This document shows, piece after piece, positions 49,456 to 57,821 of a DNA stretch of 64,000 bases (its first letter is position 1; every line of letters begins with the position of its first letter). The DNA is taken from IMG/VR virus record IMGVR_UViG_3300042197_000820, positions 64,020 through 128,019 of that record; one strand, 5' to 3'. The notes below the pieces were generated by a model. The model worked only from the letters and a program-made list of their open reading frames with translations, had not been told where the DNA came from and did not search any database. This DNA is from a virus. The position numbers and the translations under genes are program-made.

Positions 49456-51450
49456 TTATTTACTCTTGTATTGAGTCATATATTGCTTAAATACTTTCTT
49501 TTCTTCTTGCCTTTTAACATCATTGTTTTCTTTACTAGTGCTTATACCCTTTGGATTATAATAATATACTCCCAATATCTCTGGGTGCTTGATAAACTGT
49601 TCTCCAGCGAAAGCACATTTCAACCAGAAATCCCAATCCCCAGCAGACCGATAAGTTGTATCAAAAAAACCATGTTTTTCGTGCAGAGATCTGCGCCACA
49701 TTGGATTATTATGAGGCAGGTTTCCTCTAAGCATTGCTTCCTTCGAGAAAGTTTCGAAGTTATATCTTTGTGTCCCATCTGGTATTTCTTCAAACATGGT
49801 ATTTGGTTTGTGAACTACATATGAGTCGTTATATACAACAGAATATTCCGGGTTAGCGGCTAGAAGCTTAGCTTGTTTTTCAATACCATTATTAATCCTA
49901 CGGTCATCGCAGTTAATGTTTGTAATGAACTCGCCGGTTGACATCTGGATTGCTTTGTTCCAAGTATCGTAAATACCACCGTCTTCTTCAAGACGCTTGT
50001 ATATAATATTATTTGGATATTTATCAATGTACTTCTGGATCACTTGCTCTTCGTAGTCATCTCCAGTTCTATTGGCATTCAAGATAATCCACTCGCACTT
50101 ATCCTGAAATACTGTTTGTCTGGTAACATCTTCCATAAGTTGTTCAATGTGTTCTCCTGCATCAAATACAGAAGTTACTAGCGAAATCTTTGGAAGCTGT
50201 TCTGTTGTAATAATAACCGGAGGTTTGACACGGGAACCATATACACTTTCGATAACTGAATGTTCTATTTTAGTGGAGTTGAAAGCTTGTTCTATATTCT
50301 TAGCCACCACTCTCGATCTTTCTAGCCATTTCTTGTACTTAGTTCTTGCCTGACGTACCCTCTGTTTGTAAGACGCTTCTATAGGAAAACACCAAGAAGA
50401 ATCTTCTTGGACAACTCCATCCCAGACTGCTTCCTTTTGAACTCTTCCAAGTGTGAAGTCAACAGGTAAGAATCCTTTTGTTAGTTCTCCCTTTTCGTTT
50501 GGATACATTAGAAAATCTAACTCCCCTGACCAGCCGGGAGCAACGATTGGTTTACCGGTCTGAGCAAACTCAAACAAAGGTAGTCCAAATCCCTCGCCGT
50601 GGGTGGCTGTGACCATGCACTTGATAGCAGGATGGACGTAGAGACTCTTCATTTCTGCCTCGCTCATATCGCCGTGCAGAAGTTTTAGGGAGCATTTCCG
50701 TTTGGCTGGATCTTGTTTGATTGAGTGCAGAAGAGCGGTCAAACGATTTTGTGTGAACTCCCTATCCATAATGTTATTACGACGATGACTTGTCTTTACA
50801 ACAAGCACAACATCTTCTTCCCAGTTTTCTTCTAACCACCAGCGAATGGCGTTGTCCATATTCTTTCTTGGACCCCATTGACCGACGAGGATGTAAGCAA
50901 AGTCGTCTTCCCAAAGTCCAAGTTTATCTGCAAAGTCTGGGATTGTTTCAATATCATCGCGAACAGGGTAAGGGATAACTTCGATTGGTGCTAACAACTT
51001 TAATGTTATTGGATTACCAAACTGATCCTGTCCTTGATAAGTCGTGTTTTCAAATCCTTGTTTTGCAAACTGTGATGGTACTATGATCCTGTTCATTTCG
51101 TTACATTTCTGTAACCATTCCGGAGATACCTTCGTAGTTTCTATTCCAGCAGTTACACCAATATTTATTGAGGCCATTCTCTCAAACTCATTGGGAATAC
51201 ATATTTGAACCGAGATTTCAAAAGCTGTTTTTTGCTGCAATAATGGTTGTGTTAATGCTATTCTATTATCAACCCAAGACCTGAAATCACTAGGATCAGA
51301 AGTCCAGCCAGTGTGCCCCCAACCTGTTGGTATAATGTAGGTCTCAAAGAGGTCTTCTCTTTGTCTTAAAGCTCGCAAAATCATTCTAGCATGTTCACCA
51401 TACCCACTCTGCGATAGTACTGGACCTCTTACTATTACTCGTTTTTTCAT
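49456..51450 (-). CDS. Bifunctional glycosyltransferase: GT4-like (GT-B) N-terminal + GT2 (GT-A) C-terminal
   Basis: SGYG, THGEGFGLPLFE, then ISLVTSVF, GIYDTWNK, INCDD, SAGDWDFW. Likely start is ATG 51450 (ATGA overlap). Confidence 0.9.
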   Translation of the reverse strand: MKKRVIVRGPVLSQSGYGEHARMILRALRQREDLFETYIIPTGWGHTGWTSDPSDFRSWVDNRIALTQPLLQQKTAFEISVQICIPNEFERMASINIGVTAGIETTKVSPEWLQKCNEMNRIIVPSQFAKQGFENTTYQGQDQFGNPITLKLLAPIEVIPYPVRDDIETIPDFADKLGLWEDDFAYILVGQWGPRKNMDNAIRWWLEENWEEDVVLVVKTSHRRNNIMDREFTQNRLTALLHSIKQDPAKRKCSLKLLHGDMSEAEMKSLYVHPAIKCMVTATHGEGFGLPLFEFAQTGKPIVAPGWSGELDFLMYPNEKGELTKGFLPVDFTLGRVQKEAVWDGVVQEDSSWCFPIEASYKQRVRQARTKYKKWLERSRVVAKNIEQAFNSTKIEHSVIESVYGSRVKPPVIITTEQLPKISLVTSVFDAGEHIEQLMEDVTRQTVFQDKCEWIILNANRTGDDYEEQVIQKYIDKYPNNIIYKRLEEDGGIYDTWNKAIQMSTGEFITNINCDDRRINNGIEKQAKLLAANPEYSVVYNDSYVVHKPNTMFEEIPDGTQRYNFETFSKEAMLRGNLPHNNPMWRRSLHEKHGFFDTTYRSAGDWDFWLKCAFAGEQFIKHPEILGVYYYNPKGISTSKENNDVKRQEEKKVFKQYMTQYKSK

Positions 51451-52715
51451 ACTATTTCCCTCATTTCCCAAGCTTGGTAGTTTTGTCTTGTATCCCAAGA
51501 ACCGTGTTTATTAATAACATGTTCAAAGATTTCAAGCCACTGTTTTTGGAAGTTTTCAAAGCTATAGTTTTTTAGTACATGCTTACGTCCGTCGAGACCT
51601 ATTTCCTTACGACCTTCTCTAGTCATGGTATGTGACATGATTAGAGCATGTATGAAATCTTCTTTAGATATTCTATCTTCGTAAATATATGGAACATCCT
51701 GAGAGCCTATGATAGCTTTCGAAGCAGGCTCAATAGGATATCCAAAATAGTTTCCTTCCTCGTCCTTAACTTGTTCCTGTAGTCCTCCGGTCATATTTAC
51801 AATGATTGGTGTTCCGCACGAAAGAGATTCTAATGTTGCTAGTCCAAACCCTTCCGCATCAGAAATATTTATCGTGAAATCCACGGCATTATACATAACG
51901 GCTAAATCATGAGGTTGTACCTTGTCTCTTGAAATCATAACAGTTCCATCGCCTAGTTGGAGTTCCCTCACAATCGTATCTAGATCTTGTCCGTTCGGAT
52001 CTTTTGAGTCAGTGTGCAATATTAATCTAACGTTTTCTCTCCCGACTTTATCAGCGAACTCTTTAAACCACCAAATCAAAGATCCAGACATCTTGCGGCG
52101 AGCATTTCTATTATTCCAGAAAAAAACTGTTTTATTTTTATGATCTTTTCCGAAATGATTTTCTCTAACAGAATCGATAAAGTCTTTATCCATAGGCTTA
52201 AAAACATCAGTATCGACTGCATGAGGAATATATTTAGTTTCTACTTCTGGGGCAACATTCCTAACGATCTCATCAGTTACTTTTGAGATAGTAGCGATAA
52301 AATCATTAGATTCATAAAAGTTTTTATTAAATCTTGGAAGAGGGAAGTTATCCCAAACATGATAGTAAATCATAGGAACAAGTGAACGAATCTCGTTTTC
52401 CATATCCCAGAGCCATACATAAAATCGTGGGTCTGTCATGAACCAAAGAACATCTGGCTTGTGGGTCCAGAGCAAAGAACGTACCATTTCCTGCGTGCCA
52501 TAACCATCGACAGGAAAAATAGTCAAATCTTCTCCCCATTGTTCGGTCCTCTGGGGATTGTAATCGGCGTGCTTCACGGCACCACCAAAACAAATGATTT
52601 GGTACTTACCGGTTTTTAAAAGTGTTTCGATGACATATCTTGTTTGAGTTCCTACACCCGATGGAGCATATGGGTGATCAGATATTATAAATATCTTTTT
52701 CTTTCTTTCTATCAT
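51447..52715 (-). CDS. GT4-family glycosyltransferase
   Basis: SGVG, IPHAVD, NRNARRK, SDAEGFGLATLESLSCGTP. Confidence 0.9.
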   Translation of the reverse strand: MIERKKKIFIISDHPYAPSGVGTQTRYVIETLLKTGKYQIICFGGAVKHADYNPQRTEQWGEDLTIFPVDGYGTQEMVRSLLWTHKPDVLWFMTDPRFYVWLWDMENEIRSLVPMIYYHVWDNFPLPRFNKNFYESNDFIATISKVTDEIVRNVAPEVETKYIPHAVDTDVFKPMDKDFIDSVRENHFGKDHKNKTVFFWNNRNARRKMSGSLIWWFKEFADKVGRENVRLILHTDSKDPNGQDLDTIVRELQLGDGTVMISRDKVQPHDLAVMYNAVDFTINISDAEGFGLATLESLSCGTPIIVNMTGGLQEQVKDEEGNYFGYPIEPASKAIIGSQDVPYIYEDRISKEDFIHALIMSHTMTREGRKEIGLDGRKHVLKNYSFENFQKQWLEIFEHVINKHGSWDTRQNYQAWEMREIV

Positions 52716-52722
52716 TCATTCC

Positions 52723-53493
52723 TCATTTGCAGTTTTCAGTTTTATAGAATGGACAGAACTTACACGAAGTTCTATTCTTATAAAACTTTTGTCTTTCTAT
52801 GTTTATAATCGCATTTCGTAATGCTGTCAAGGCATTATTGATCTTTTTTTCTCCGCTTGTAACTCGGAAAATCTCAACGTTATCCTTCTTAGCTGTTCTC
52901 TTCAGCAATCCGAAGTAAGTCTCAATATTCTTTGGATCAATATTATGTTTCTTGGCCCAGAAATGTTTGTAAAATGTCAACTGATAGGAGATAATCTTAT
53001 CTGACTTCTTTTGAGCATCCCAACCCCAAGAACAGGTCTTCCAATCAATAATGTGGTATTTTCCGTCTGGCGTCTTGATAATAAAATCGATGAAGCCTTT
53101 GAACTTTATCTCGGAGCCTTCGATCTCCTCCATCAAGTCCTCTTCTGTCACGACGACTTCGAAACCGGGAAACTTCTTCTGTAATGCAGGCAGATAAGAC
53201 GAAATGATTCCTTTTGCTTGAGGAATCATAGCATCATATTCTTGCTGGTTTACAGAGATACCTTCTGAGAGGAGCTTATTCTTTCCGTCTTCGAAGATCT
53301 CTAGAAAATGCTTTTCAGGATCAAAGCTTTCGGGTTGACCTACACTATTCTCACAAACACTATGAATAGCAGTCCCAAAAATAGTATAGAGGGATCCAGT
53401 GAATCCCTCTAAGTTATCGATGTATTTTAGTTTGTGATGAAAGGCACATTCAGACCAAAGCTTAAACTCTGAGAAAGAGATATGCCCTTTCAC
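52723..53493 (-). CDS. PD-(D/E)XK Cas4/RecB-like exonuclease with a probable 4Fe-4S cluster
   Basis: SECAF, GTAIH, KGFID, IIDWKT, QLTFY, and C-terminal CKFCPFYKTENC. Confidence 0.85.
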   Translation of the reverse strand: MKGHISFSEFKLWSECAFHHKLKYIDNLEGFTGSLYTIFGTAIHSVCENSVGQPESFDPEKHFLEIFEDGKNKLLSEGISVNQQEYDAMIPQAKGIISSYLPALQKKFPGFEVVVTEEDLMEEIEGSEIKFKGFIDFIIKTPDGKYHIIDWKTCSWGWDAQKKSDKIISYQLTFYKHFWAKKHNIDPKNIETYFGLLKRTAKKDNVEIFRVTSGEKKINNALTALRNAIINIERQKFYKNRTSCKFCPFYKTENCK

Positions 53494-53783
53494 GTTCCCT
53501 CCGAAGGTTCTTCTACAGTTCCTTCGGAATCTTGTTCTGCCGACTGCACTTCACGCTCAACATCGTCTAGTGCTTGACGGTAGCCACGAATCCAGTTTTC
53601 CTCGGCAAGTGCCAAAACAAAATGTGGAAACTCTTCAGCCATAACTTCCACAATCATTTCTACCGTTACTTCTCGATTTTCTGGATTTAACTTATTACCA
53701 ACGTACTCTACAATCATCTTTTGTAGTGGAGTTTCGGGTGCTACTGCCGACTTTAGCAATGGATTTTCTTCTTCGTTAGACAT
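53490..53783 (-). CDS. Hypothetical protein
   Basis: 97 aa with an AAGGA RBS; tiles with its neighbours. Confidence 0.7.
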   Translation of the reverse strand: MSNEEENPLLKSAVAPETPLQKMIVEYVGNKLNPENREVTVEMIVEVMAEEFPHFVLALAEENWIRGYRQALDDVEREVQSAEQDSEGTVEEPSEGT

Positions 53784-53792
53784 TTTACTTCC

Positions 53793-55175
53793 TTATAGTA
53801 CTTTAGCAGCTATCGTTGCAACATCGGAACGCTCGCCCTTGCGAAGTGTAACGTGTCCAGCGATTGAGAACTCTTTTAGTTTTTCTACTGCGTGGGTTAG
53901 ACCAGATGATGTTTCATTTATGTAAATGTTATCGATCTGCTCAACGTCACCAGTTAGAACAATCTTGGTGTTCTCGCCTACTCTAGTCAATATAGTCTTA
54001 ATCTCATGGCTTGTCAAGTTCTGGGCTTCATCAATAATGATAAAAGCATTGGAGATCGAGCGACCACGGATGTAAGTCAAAGCTTCCATCTCAATAAGTC
54101 CATTTGCAATATATTGGTCAAGTGTCGTTTGGTCATCACCGGTCAAAAACTTTAGGTTGTCTTGGACAGGTGCTAACCAAGGAGCCATTTTCTCTTGCAT
54201 TGTACCGGGAAGGAATCCAATATCTTTACCCATCGGCATGACAGGACGAGAAACTACAAGCTTTTTGTAAATGCCGTTATTTAACGTCACTGGCTTCCTA
54301 GAGGAAGCGAGTTCCGTGACGGACATTGATGTGATTACCTGTTGAAGTCCCGCCGCAATGGCTATCAGGGTCTTACCTGAGCCTGCTTTACCCACAAGTG
54401 AGACAACCTTGATTTCAGGATCCATTAGGAGGTCCAAAGCAAATAGTTGTTCTTTGTTTTTTGCCTTAATACCAGAGATTGGATTCTTAGGTTCGTTGAC
54501 TCTCTTCAATGGATAATCACGGCCACGAAAACGTGCGATTGCTGTCTTCTTATCGTTTGCTGATGAGATAAGCATTAAGTATTGGTTTGGATGAAGCAAA
54601 TCTTGTTGTTCATCTTCCAAATACATCTTCTCTCCAGAGTAGAACTGATCGATAAACTGATCGTCTACAAGAACATCTGCTAAGCCAGAATACAAATCGC
54701 TTTGATTCTCGATAATCTTATCATTGGTATAATCCTCCGTTGTCAAACCAACAGAGTTACCAATAACTCGCATATTGATATCGTTTGAAACAAGAATGAC
54801 TTTCTTCTTTGGATCTTCGCGAGAGATCTGTACCGCTGTAGCGATGATCAAATGATCTGGGACTTCTCTGTCAAGCTCCATAGGAAAACTTTCATTCCAA
54901 AAAGTATCATCCTTACCTAAGCTAATAACTTGGAGGATTCCCTTACCCTTACCCAAACGAACACCTTTATCTAGATCTCCTCTTTCGCGCATTCCATCGA
55001 GGGCGCGAATGATAGACCTAGCATTGATGCCAACGCTATCCTGTCTCTTCTTATGCTTGTCGATTTCTTCCAAAACCTTGATAGGTAAAACGATGTCGTT
55101 ATTACCGTACTTTTGAATGCTCTCGGAGTCTGTTAGACAAGCACTTGTATCGAGAACGTATGTTTTCTTAGCCAT
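53793..55175 (-). CDS. phoH: PIN-PhoH fusion protein (PhoH2/YlaK type)
   Basis: PIN: YVLDTS, VLEEID, VPDHLI, SNDINMR. PhoH: GKAGSGKT, IGFLPG, RGRS, IIDEAQN, GDVEQID. Confidence 0.93.
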   Translation of the reverse strand: MAKKTYVLDTSACLTDSESIQKYGNNDIVLPIKVLEEIDKHKKRQDSVGINARSIIRALDGMRERGDLDKGVRLGKGKGILQVISLGKDDTFWNESFPMELDREVPDHLIIATAVQISREDPKKKVILVSNDINMRVIGNSVGLTTEDYTNDKIIENQSDLYSGLADVLVDDQFIDQFYSGEKMYLEDEQQDLLHPNQYLMLISSANDKKTAIARFRGRDYPLKRVNEPKNPISGIKAKNKEQLFALDLLMDPEIKVVSLVGKAGSGKTLIAIAAGLQQVITSMSVTELASSRKPVTLNNGIYKKLVVSRPVMPMGKDIGFLPGTMQEKMAPWLAPVQDNLKFLTGDDQTTLDQYIANGLIEMEALTYIRGRSISNAFIIIDEAQNLTSHEIKTILTRVGENTKIVLTGDVEQIDNIYINETSSGLTHAVEKLKEFSIAGHVTLRKGERSDVATIAAKVL

Positions 55176-55187
55176 TATATTGTACCT

Positions 55188-55472
55188 TTACCACTTTAGG
55201 ATTTGAGCTGAATCTACCCAAACAACAGTTGTTTCTTTATTACGATTTATCAGATCGTCACAACCGTCGATGTAAGTAGTTTTAACCTTGATGGCTGTCA
55301 ACTTTCTATTTGAAGGATCAAACCAAGGCAAGGTGTCAACTATTGTATCCTTTGTAATGATACAGGTACGATTTCTGATTGGGTACCAGTAGTTATACTG
55401 TCCTAACTCTGACAGGTGGCACGGAACACCACCCCTAACCATATTAGTTCTAGTAGGAAATCCGAAACTCAT
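55188..55472 (-). CDS. Hypothetical protein
   Basis: 94-aa ORF tiling between its neighbours. Confidence 0.65.
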   Translation of the reverse strand: MSFGFPTRTNMVRGGVPCHLSELGQYNYWYPIRNRTCIITKDTIVDTLPWFDPSNRKLTAIKVKTTYIDGCDDLINRNKETTVVWVDSAQILKW

Positions 55473-55895
55473 TTATTTTCCTTTTGCGGCATTTGCATTG
55501 GCAACCATTTCTGAACTGCTTTGGATTTTACCGCCGCCGATTTCCCAAAGCATCGTAATACCTAGTTCATCACAAACCGCCATTTCTGGCGTGTTCTTAT
55601 TAGTCCTGTCACCACCGTTGGCAAAGTATGTTGGCCTCAATCGCCGGATTGCTTCGCAAACGGATCCGTCAGAATCATCGACAGCTTCGACCCTATCGAC
55701 TTCTGCGTATCCTTCGATTATTTCCTTACGCTCTGTCCAAGGCATAAAGATATAACCTTTCTTGCGAAGCAACCAAGCATCAGAGTTTGCTACAACAATA
55801 ACCTTACCATATTTGGCAGCTTCTTTGATCATTCGAAGATGACCGATATGAAGTGGATCGAATCCACCAGAAACCATTATTGTTTTTTCACTCAT
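55473..55895 (-). CDS. HIGH-family cytidylyl/adenylyltransferase (TagD/RfaE-II-like)
   Basis: SGGFDPLHIGH, NSDAWL.RKKG, FANGGDR, KIQSSS. Confidence 0.9.
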   Translation of the reverse strand: MSEKTIMVSGGFDPLHIGHLRMIKEAAKYGKVIVVANSDAWLLRKKGYIFMPWTERKEIIEGYAEVDRVEAVDDSDGSVCEAIRRLRPTYFANGGDRTNKNTPEMAVCDELGITMLWEIGGGKIQSSSEMVANANAAKGK

Positions 55896-56079
55896 TTATA
55901 TTTTCCATTAGGCAGATAGCAAGTTCAACCGGTTCTTCGACAACCAGCTTCTCAACTATGCCTAATGACAGTATAACATATGTCACGACGGTTGCAATAG
56001 TCGAACCAAAAATAGTTCCCAAAACAAATGAGAAATATTGTTTTACCATGAATCTAATATTTGAGACTATGCTGCTCAT
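55888..56079 (-). CDS. Small membrane protein
   Basis: Hydrophobic segment FSFVLGTIFGSTIATVVTYVILSLGIV. Confidence 0.55.
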   Translation of the reverse strand: MSSIVSNIRFMVKQYFSFVLGTIFGSTIATVVTYVILSLGIVEKLVVEEPVELAICLMENINE

Positions 56080-56086
56080 ATCAGTA

Positions 56087-56094
56087 ATAACTAG
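56087..56094 (-). promoter_or_regulatory. Putative phage promoter motif CTAGTTAT
   Basis: Immediately downstream of the hsp20 terminator and upstream of a long gap-free gene run. Confidence 0.55.
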
Positions 56095-56099
56095 CCGCC

Positions 56100-56129
56100 A
56101 AAATAAAAAGAGGAGGCCGAAGCCTCCTC
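56100..56129 (-). terminator. Rho-independent terminator of hsp20
   Basis: Minus strand GAGGAGGC-TTCG-GCCTCCTC followed by TTTTTATTTT: a perfect 8-bp stem with a C(UUCG)G tetraloop. Confidence 0.92.
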
Positions 56130-56135
56130 AAAAAA

Positions 56136-56552
56136 TCAGTTCACGGTTATCTTTCGTGATCTAGATTCTGTTGGTTGTAGCGGGGGCGCTACGATTGTTA
56201 GAATCCCGTTTGAATAACTAGCTGCAATACTATTCGCGTCTAGATGAGATGGGATTCTCCAACGACGAGTGAATGAGTTCACAAATGCATTGGAACCTTC
56301 TGGTTTATTATAAGAAATAGCAAGGATTCCTTTTTCGTAGGAAACGTCAATATCACTTCTTTCTGCGCCGGGTGTGCTTAGGGTAAGAGTAACTGACCCA
56401 TCCTCGTTCTTGCGCTCAGTAGAATAAATCCTATCCATGTTATCCCTCAAACCAAAACTATCGCCTGTAAATAGGTTGTCAAGCAACCTATCGAGCGGTG
56501 CAGAGTCAAAAAAGTTCCCCACTCTAGTTGGGGTTGCGATTGCTGTATACAT
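56136..56552 (-). CDS. Small heat shock protein (Hsp20/alpha-crystallin)
   Basis: PGAERSDIDVSYEKGILAI, SFTRRWRIP, IAASYSNGILTIVAP. Confidence 0.92.
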   Translation of the reverse strand: MYTAIATPTRVGNFFDSAPLDRLLDNLFTGDSFGLRDNMDRIYSTERKNEDGSVTLTLSTPGAERSDIDVSYEKGILAISYNKPEGSNAFVNSFTRRWRIPSHLDANSIAASYSNGILTIVAPPLQPTESRSRKITVN

Positions 56553-56554
56553 AA

Positions 56555-56610
56555 AAACCTCCTGTTATCTACAGCTTAGACACGGCTACTGTAGCGTCAA
56601 CAGGAGGTTT
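56555..56610 (-). promoter_or_regulatory. RBS-sequestering hairpin in the hsp20 5' leader, with a possible internal sigma70-type promoter
   Basis: Perfect 12-bp inverted repeat AAACCTCCTGTT / AACAGGAGGTTT containing the SD; inner CTACAG/CTGTAG pair; TTGACG-N16-TAAGCT inside. Confidence 0.75.
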
Positions 56611-56612
56611 GA

Positions 56613-56966
56613 TTATTTCTCAAAAAATCTTTCTATTCCAAATCGATTCTTGAGTTCATAAAACTTTATTTCTGGAAGTCCCAGGAAGTTCATTGCCTCG
56701 CCCTGAGTTCTAGAAGCTGAATATGCAAACTTGAATACTGCTTCTCTGACTATATCTGTGATGGCATTCCAAATAGGGACTCCGTAGAGTCTGTTGTTTA
56801 TTGGACGGGAAGATATCTCTAACTTTAGAGCTACCAAGTCTTCTAAAGGCAGATTAGAAAGCATGGCTTCAAACTCATCGTTTGATTTACCTTCTTTGCG
56901 AAGCTTAGAAGAGATAGAATAGTTTTTGTATTTTCCCTTATAAACTCGCTCTCTCTTCCAATGCAT
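56613..56966 (-). CDS. Hypothetical protein with a possible C-terminal Fis-type helix-turn-helix
   Basis: TQGEAMNFLGLPEIKFYELKNRFG resembles an HTH_8 pattern. Confidence 0.5.
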   Translation of the reverse strand: MHWKRERVYKGKYKNYSISSKLRKEGKSNDEFEAMLSNLPLEDLVALKLEISSRPINNRLYGVPIWNAITDIVREAVFKFAYSASRTQGEAMNFLGLPEIKFYELKNRFGIERFFEK

Positions 56967-57781
56967 CAGATTTTCACTTGAGGTGCTTGTGGGTTAGCAT
57001 TTAGCTCTGATTCGAAACGATCAAAGTAGAGCATCAAGTTCTTAAGTAGATAAGTTTTGAACACAGAGCGTTCTGAGACACCACCATCTTTGACAAGTTC
57101 TGGATATGCTTGCGATAGCTCAGGTACTTTGTCGGTGGAAACACGGCTGTCTGGATCAATCTTCTTAAACATATCAGCAATCTGCTTCGATACAGAGTTC
57201 ATTGTTTCCATTGCTTGCTGACGACCTGTAGTGTCTAATCCCTTATCATTCAGACCTAGGTTTTGTGAAAACTCTTCTTCTGGTGATAACTCAGGCTCTG
57301 CCTCTTCGGGTTCTTCTTCAGGTTCGATTTCGATGAAACCTTCAGGTGGTGGATCATCATCACCAAGATCGATATTGATCTCTTCTTCTAGTTCTCCTTC
57401 TGAACTTACTGTATCACTTTGCTCACCGGGACTAGCTGACTCGGTGTCCATGATATCCTCTACGGAAGCAAGAACATGAGCCTTGTAAGAATCTCTTTGC
57501 TTAATATCTGTCGTTAAAGACTTGTAAGCTGACTGAACAACTGGTACAATATTACGAAGCAAGTCACGAAGGAAGTTCATAGCTGTAATATCAAGCGGAG
57601 CATCGGGTGAAGCCGAGCCTGTCTTAGCCTCAAGTTGTAAAGATTTTGTCTTGATCACTTGACCAAGGATGTGAATCTCCTTATTATTAGATTGTAATCC
57701 TTCAGTGATCTTCTTCTTTAGAAATCCTCTGATAGCTTTTCTAAGCATTTGTTCTTCTAGTATTTCTTGTCTGCTGATCAT
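56966..57781 (-). CDS. Acidic hypothetical protein, candidate internal head protein
   Basis: 271 aa with multiple L/I-x-E sites (ILEE, ITE, LEE) and an acidic low-complexity centre. Confidence 0.6.
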   Translation of the reverse strand: MISRQEILEEQMLRKAIRGFLKKKITEGLQSNNKEIHILGQVIKTKSLQLEAKTGSASPDAPLDITAMNFLRDLLRNIVPVVQSAYKSLTTDIKQRDSYKAHVLASVEDIMDTESASPGEQSDTVSSEGELEEEINIDLGDDDPPPEGFIEIEPEEEPEEAEPELSPEEEFSQNLGLNDKGLDTTGRQQAMETMNSVSKQIADMFKKIDPDSRVSTDKVPELSQAYPELVKDGGVSERSVFKTYLLKNLMLYFDRFESELNANPQAPQVKI

Positions 57782-57806
57782 GTAGTGATTCCTTATTATT
57801 GACTAT

Positions 57807-57814
57807 ATAAATAG
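57807..57814 (-). promoter_or_regulatory. Putative phage promoter motif CTATTTAT
   Basis: Intergenic, 26 nt upstream of ATG 57781. Confidence 0.6.
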
Positions 57815-57821
57815 TTTTATA

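Noticed and set aside
36825-52715. Interpretation as a bacterial O-antigen/capsule locus or an NCLDV fragment
   Set aside because: There are no flippase, polymerase or export genes. The cluster is translationally coupled to phage genes, largely shares the AATT avoidance, has SD sites, and is flanked by gp6/gp25 baseplate and sigma genes.
52723-53493. Cas4-like gene as evidence of a CRISPR-Cas system
   Set aside because: No repeat-spacer array or other cas genes are seen; solo Cas4-like nucleases are common in phages.
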